In this document: piece by piece, positions 59,682 through 64,000 of the stretch
How positions within the stretch are numbered: position 1 is the stretch's first letter
Layout of the letters: each line of letters begins with the position of its first letter
Program-made: the position numbers and the translations under genes
NCBI GenBank assembly: GCA_045659705.1
Contig: JAZRCJ010000071.1
Location: 7,810 to 71,809 of the forward strand
DNA: 64,000 nt
Origin: Faecalimonas sp.
GTDB taxonomy: Bacteria > Bacillota > Clostridia > Lachnospirales > Lachnospiraceae
Direction: 5' to 3'
Notes under the pieces: model-generated
Databases searched by the model: none
What the model was told of the DNA's origin: nothing
What the model saw: only the letters and a program-made list of their open reading frames with translations

Positions 59682-61242
59682 CTGCTTTTACCTCCTTTTT
59701 CTTCGGAGTTTTCTTGCCTTTTGCAACAAGCAGACAAGTACCGAATACGATTACGCCTGCGATTGCCGCATATGCCATTAACATACCCCAGTTAAAGCCG
59801 GACTCCTCATCCGATTCCAGATAGACATCTTCTGCCGGTTCATACGCATAATCTTCTGTTCCTGTCATTTTTCCTGACGCGTAATCTACATCAATGGTAT
59901 TTCCTTTTTGATCTTTGTTTACAATTTTAAAATTATCAATTGCAAAATTTGCCTGTCCCTTAGACCAGATATGTACATACCCTGTCGGTGTTGCATTTCC
60001 AATCTTATAAGAATAAATTTTCTGATACTTGGTATCTTTTAGTGCTTTCATCTCAATTGTCACAATCGTATCAATCACGGAAAGTTTTACCGAATAACCT
60101 TCATTTTTTTCTTTGTCTGAAAAATGTTTATCTGCAAAACTCACCGGCACCTGTGTACCTTTTAAGTTATAGAGACTATCTGCCCCAAACACGATTGCAT
60201 CTGCCGCCGTTGTATATCCGGCTTCCTTATAATCCGACGATTCATCTGCTATTGCAACTACCAATCCCGTACTTGCAGGCTTCTGAATAGTCCCTTCTTC
60301 TCTTAACTCATTCTTGTAGAGAATATATGGCACATCAAAGGTAACCTCAAAATTCGAATACTGATATACCGTTCCAAAATACCCAGCACCTGCATTGCTA
60401 AACATCAGCACTTGACTTCCGTTATATTTTTCCACCTGGATGGCTGCCGGATAAAATCCACAGGAATTAAGCATTTGTGATGTCAAAGTATTCACATTGA
60501 TGGTTCCTTGCTCAAAATCTTCAGAAACATTTACATTCTCCGGTGCTTCATAAGAATGTGACACAATCTGTACAGCACTGATTTCTGCCGCACAATTTCC
60601 AGTCTGCAAAAATCCCACACGGCCTTCCAAATTCATTGGTGCTTTTTTATCATAAATTCTCTTGTTGTTCACCTGGATATTTACCTTCATATCTGCTGTA
60701 ACAGATGCTTGAATGGTAATGTTTTGTCCGAGAGAAGCTCCCACACTCTGAGCGGCTACCAGTTTCTTTTCAGCTCCGTCTTCATCATAAGCAATGAGCC
60801 CAACCTTTAAACCACCATTATTTTCAAATACCAATTCCAGATTTCCTGCTTCTCCGTAATAGGATTCCAATGTGGTAAGCCCAAATGCCACTATGAATTT
60901 TTCGCCCTTTGGCAAGGTTTTTAGTTTCATGCTGTACTCTGCTTTTAAAAATTCTTCATGGTATTCACTGACTTTAATCGGATTTGCTGTAATCAGTCTT
61001 GTTTCTCCGGTGCTATCTTCCGGAAATAAGATTTTTCCATCTTTTACTGTCAGTTCTGCACTTGGATTATTCCATATGGTTGCATCCAGTTCTTCTGCAA
61101 AGGAAGTGCTATCAATAATAATATCACTGCTACCTGCAAACACGTGCATTGTATAAACACCACTGCCTGCGATAGCTATTGCCATCGCAAGCCCTAGTGC
61201 ACTGACTTTTTTCAATATATTTTGTATATTTCTTTTTTTCAT
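59671..61242 (-). CDS. Surface protein with beta-sandwich-like domains and C-terminal membrane anchor
   Basis: Signal peptide, two beta-rich segments (GRVGFLQ..; GYVHIW..FAIDNFKI), C-terminal TM plus Lys-rich tail. Confidence 0.6.
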   Translation of the reverse strand: MKKRNIQNILKKVSALGLAMAIAIAGSGVYTMHVFAGSSDIIIDSTSFAEELDATIWNNPSAELTVKDGKILFPEDSTGETRLITANPIKVSEYHEEFLKAEYSMKLKTLPKGEKFIVAFGLTTLESYYGEAGNLELVFENNGGLKVGLIAYDEDGAEKKLVAAQSVGASLGQNITIQASVTADMKVNIQVNNKRIYDKKAPMNLEGRVGFLQTGNCAAEISAVQIVSHSYEAPENVNVSEDFEQGTINVNTLTSQMLNSCGFYPAAIQVEKYNGSQVLMFSNAGAGYFGTVYQYSNFEVTFDVPYILYKNELREEGTIQKPASTGLVVAIADESSDYKEAGYTTAADAIVFGADSLYNLKGTQVPVSFADKHFSDKEKNEGYSVKLSVIDTIVTIEMKALKDTKYQKIYSYKIGNATPTGYVHIWSKGQANFAIDNFKIVNKDQKGNTIDVDYASGKMTGTEDYAYEPAEDVYLESDEESGFNWGMLMAYAAIAGVIVFGTCLLVAKGKKTPKKKEVKADEA

Positions 61243-61253
61243 ATACCCGTCAC

Positions 61254-62768
61254 CTACTTAATATTCAATAACCAGTTCTTGTCATAGTTATCATTAATCA
61301 GTGCCACAATACTATCCCATGCTTCTGTCGCGCTAATACGATCTGCTTCACTGTGTGAACAGAACAAGTTTACAAATTCCTTATTTGCAAATGCATGACC
61401 CCCACCATCAGTAAAGAGTCTGTGTTTGCTGATAATGTTGTTGTTAATGCCAGACTCTGTTTTTGCAAACAATTCTGCCTGGTTTAATTCAAATTGATTC
61501 CATCCGGTTGTATCAATATCTCCGGTGCTCAAATTCATTGGCATCTTTACATGCAAAGTATCCAAATACATCTGATATCCTTCATCTGAATACATAAATT
61601 TAAGGAACTCTTTCGCACCTTCCTGTGCGTTACTGTATGTCGGAATATATGCCGTTTCACCAGCATAGTTTGTCGGCATCATATTACGAGCTGTTTTTAC
61701 AGTATCCCAATCCGCTGCTGAAATTTTTTTCCCTTCCACAACATAATTATCACCTTTTTTATAGGTGTCGATATTTTCCACACCATCTGTTACATTATCA
61801 ATTGCCGCAATCACTTTACGAAGTTCCGGTTCTGTCTTAACCGTTTTCAAATGGTCAATAATGGATGAGATAACCGGTGTTTTCATCATGACAAAATTAT
61901 CAACCTTATCGCTGTTACTCATTTCACTTGCAAGCCATGAACCGGTGAACATCATTCCACATTCCCCTTCTAAGAACTTTGTCTGCATAGTCACATGGTC
62001 GTCTGAATTGGAACCTTGCAATACATATTCCGGTTTGATAATCTTTTCCATTGCCTGTACTGCTTTATATCTGCCATCTTCTGTTGTCATCTTTTCCTTA
62101 GAAGGATCTGTGTAGAAATCATAGTAATATTCCGTGCCATTATACTGTGCGAACCAAGCATCACAGAGATACCAATAATACTGGCTGCCTTTAAAATGAC
62201 AAAGCGGTGTAATGGCATTATCGGAAAGTGTAGCACACACAACTGCTAATTCATCGGTTGTTCTTGGAAGCTGTGTGATTCCCGCTTTTTCAAACAACGA
62301 TTTGCTGTATACAAATCCCATAATTCCACCGCCATATGTAAGATTGTAATAGTTGCCGTCTAATGCTTCTTGTTCCAAATAACTTGCGTCAAATTTTTCT
62401 TTGATGCTTACGGATTCTCCTTCCACTGTGGTATCCAACACATCATTCAGTGGTTCTAAGTATGTAGTATCGTATTCCTTTGCTGCCAAATACAAATCGA
62501 CCGTATCCACATCTTCTAATCCAAATGCAGCATTAGCCGCTTCAAAGTCTGCTGTCCCTTTAAAATACACCTTGTATTCTGATTGTTTTTCATTAAATGC
62601 CTTCACCAGCACATTTAACCACTCATCACCAAGACCGGCGTGCCAATAACTGATTTCCACGTCTTTAGCACTATTGCCACCTTTACTGCCGCCCTTCTTT
62701 CCACAGCCTGCCATAAGGCCAAGTGCAAGTACCCCTACAAGTACCATTGCCAATAATCTCTTTTTCAT
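61254..62768 (-). CDS. Carbohydrate ABC transporter solute-binding lipoprotein
   Basis: Lipobox MAGC; YSKSLFEKAGI..PRTTDEL, FLEGECGM..TGSW, AKEFLKFM; next to permeases. Confidence 0.88.
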   Translation of the reverse strand: MKKRLLAMVLVGVLALGLMAGCGKKGGSKGGNSAKDVEISYWHAGLGDEWLNVLVKAFNEKQSEYKVYFKGTADFEAANAAFGLEDVDTVDLYLAAKEYDTTYLEPLNDVLDTTVEGESVSIKEKFDASYLEQEALDGNYYNLTYGGGIMGFVYSKSLFEKAGITQLPRTTDELAVVCATLSDNAITPLCHFKGSQYYWYLCDAWFAQYNGTEYYYDFYTDPSKEKMTTEDGRYKAVQAMEKIIKPEYVLQGSNSDDHVTMQTKFLEGECGMMFTGSWLASEMSNSDKVDNFVMMKTPVISSIIDHLKTVKTEPELRKVIAAIDNVTDGVENIDTYKKGDNYVVEGKKISAADWDTVKTARNMMPTNYAGETAYIPTYSNAQEGAKEFLKFMYSDEGYQMYLDTLHVKMPMNLSTGDIDTTGWNQFELNQAELFAKTESGINNNIISKHRLFTDGGGHAFANKEFVNLFCSHSEADRISATEAWDSIVALINDNYDKNWLLNIK

Positions 62769-62787
62769 AACTACCATTTCCTCCTTT

Positions 62788-63654
62788 TTATCCTTTAATT
62801 CCACCAACAGAAACATTTGTTGTAATCATTTTGTTAAATACAATAAACAGAACAATCGCCGGAATGGATATAATCACACAAGCGGCGAATAAGATATCCA
62901 ATCGCGCCCGGTAAATCATCTCTGTATTAAACTGGTAAATACCTACCGGAAGTGTCGGCAACTGTGGTAAATAAATCAGTGCACTTTCATAAGTATTCCA
63001 GTTCATAATCCAGTTTGTTAAAAACAAAGCTCCGAAAATCGGTTTTGTCTGCGGAAACATCACCTTAAAATAAATCTGGAAATCGTCCGCTCCGTCTATC
63101 ATTGCGGCCTCCGCATAGGTCCACGACAGATTTTTAAAGTATGCCGTAAAATATAAAAACATCATATTAAAACCGCTTGCCGATGCAATAACCTGTGCGT
63201 AATTATCAATCAATCCTAAAGAATGATAGAGCTTATATACCGCCCCACCGTTTCCGTAAATCGGAAGCGTAATCATAATCAGAACAATCACATATGGCCA
63301 CGAGGAACCGCGAAACTTATATTTGCTGCATGTATAAGCAAATGTGACTGTTGTAAACACCTGAATGAATACCCCGACAACAGAAAACCAAACACTGTTA
63401 AACAACATATTGAAAAATGTATTATCATTTACTTCCAGTAATCGGAACACATCCAAATAGTTTTCCCAGTGCCATGTAGTCGGCAATCCAAACGGATTCA
63501 TAACAATCTCCGTATTGGTTCGAAGCCCTGCCAATATGGCCCACACTAAAATGTAGAGATAACTAAGCGCCACCACCATAAAAATGACAGATACAACAAT
63601 ATGTAATACTACTTCGGCTGGTGATTTTCGTTTAAAATTTTTAAATAATCTCAT
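62788..63654 (-). CDS. Carbohydrate ABC transporter permease (MalG-like)
   Basis: WENY, EAAMIDGA, WNTY, TLPVG. Confidence 0.92.
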   Translation of the reverse strand: MRLFKNFKRKSPAEVVLHIVVSVIFMVVALSYLYILVWAILAGLRTNTEIVMNPFGLPTTWHWENYLDVFRLLEVNDNTFFNMLFNSVWFSVVGVFIQVFTTVTFAYTCSKYKFRGSSWPYVIVLIMITLPIYGNGGAVYKLYHSLGLIDNYAQVIASASGFNMMFLYFTAYFKNLSWTYAEAAMIDGADDFQIYFKVMFPQTKPIFGALFLTNWIMNWNTYESALIYLPQLPTLPVGIYQFNTEMIYRARLDILFAACVIISIPAIVLFIVFNKMITTNVSVGGIKG

Positions 63655-63666
63655 CTCTCACCCTCC

Positions 63667-64000
63667 TTAGTACTCTACTTCGTCAAACAATTTATCCGTA
63701 AGTTTTCTGATAGAGAGTGAAATGATAATCGCCACTATCGTAATCAGCAAACCAACTGCAGACATAAAGTTATATACATTCGATGTGTACACAGAGCCTG
63801 CATTGTTATACAAGGTCGTGTACATCCATGCGCTGAGCGTCATGGTTTCGTATTGTCCTCCTGTCAGAAGGAAAACATTACCGGTTGCACCGAAGATACC
63901 GCAGAAAAGCAATACCATTTGAAGCGCCACTGTCGGCCATACCATTGGCACAACAATCTTGGTAAATTCTGTCCACCATGTCACACCGTCTATCTTGCCA
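63667..64000 (-). CDS. Carbohydrate ABC transporter permease (MalF-like), partial; 5' end beyond the window
   Basis: Frame open to the window edge: ..KIDGVTWWTEFTKIVVP (EAA loop), LLTGG, C-terminal TM. Confidence 0.88.
   Translation of the reverse strand, partial: GKIDGVTWWTEFTKIVVPMVWPTVALQMVLLFCGIFGATGNVFLLTGGQYETMTLSAWMYTTLYNNAGSVYTSNVYNFMSAVGLLITIVAIIISLSIRKLTDKLFDEVEY

Overview
Low-GC Firmicute chromosome segment, probably a spore-forming Lachnospiraceae-like Clostridiales (inferred from protein sequences and gene order). Nearly all genes are on the minus strand. Housekeeping blocks: the dcw cluster (mraZ-rsmH-ftsL-ftsI-spoVD-mraY-murD, truncated), a SEDS gene and degV, cotJABC, copA/copZ, glyA, htrA, a cell-envelope block (two LCPs, GH25 autolysin, priming glycosyltransferase, nucleotidyltransferase), cdaA-cdaR-HPr-like-leuA, comF, recD2, mreB and uvrBA. 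Two accessory regions stand out. (1) At 14.7-23.2 kb, an operon headed by an Anabaena sensory rhodopsin transducer (ASRT)-family protein, followed by an M24 enzyme with a creatinase-like degenerate metal site, a creatininase-family amidohydrolase and a 723-aa putative glycosidase; it is flanked by AraC, esterase and acyl/acetyltransferase genes. (2) At 50.5-64 kb, a Gram-positive polysaccharide-utilization-like locus: a sugar ABC transporter, a membrane-anchored beta-rich protein, a GH-like lipoprotein and two large secreted proteins carrying about ten copies of a ~170-200 aa module I cannot assign, one fused to a metallophosphoesterase. A hicAB toxin-antitoxin pair and a GH20 gene sit directly upstream of uvrBA. 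I saw no rRNA, tRNA, CRISPR array, transposase or integrase. All family calls come from motif recognition by eye; no database searches were run.
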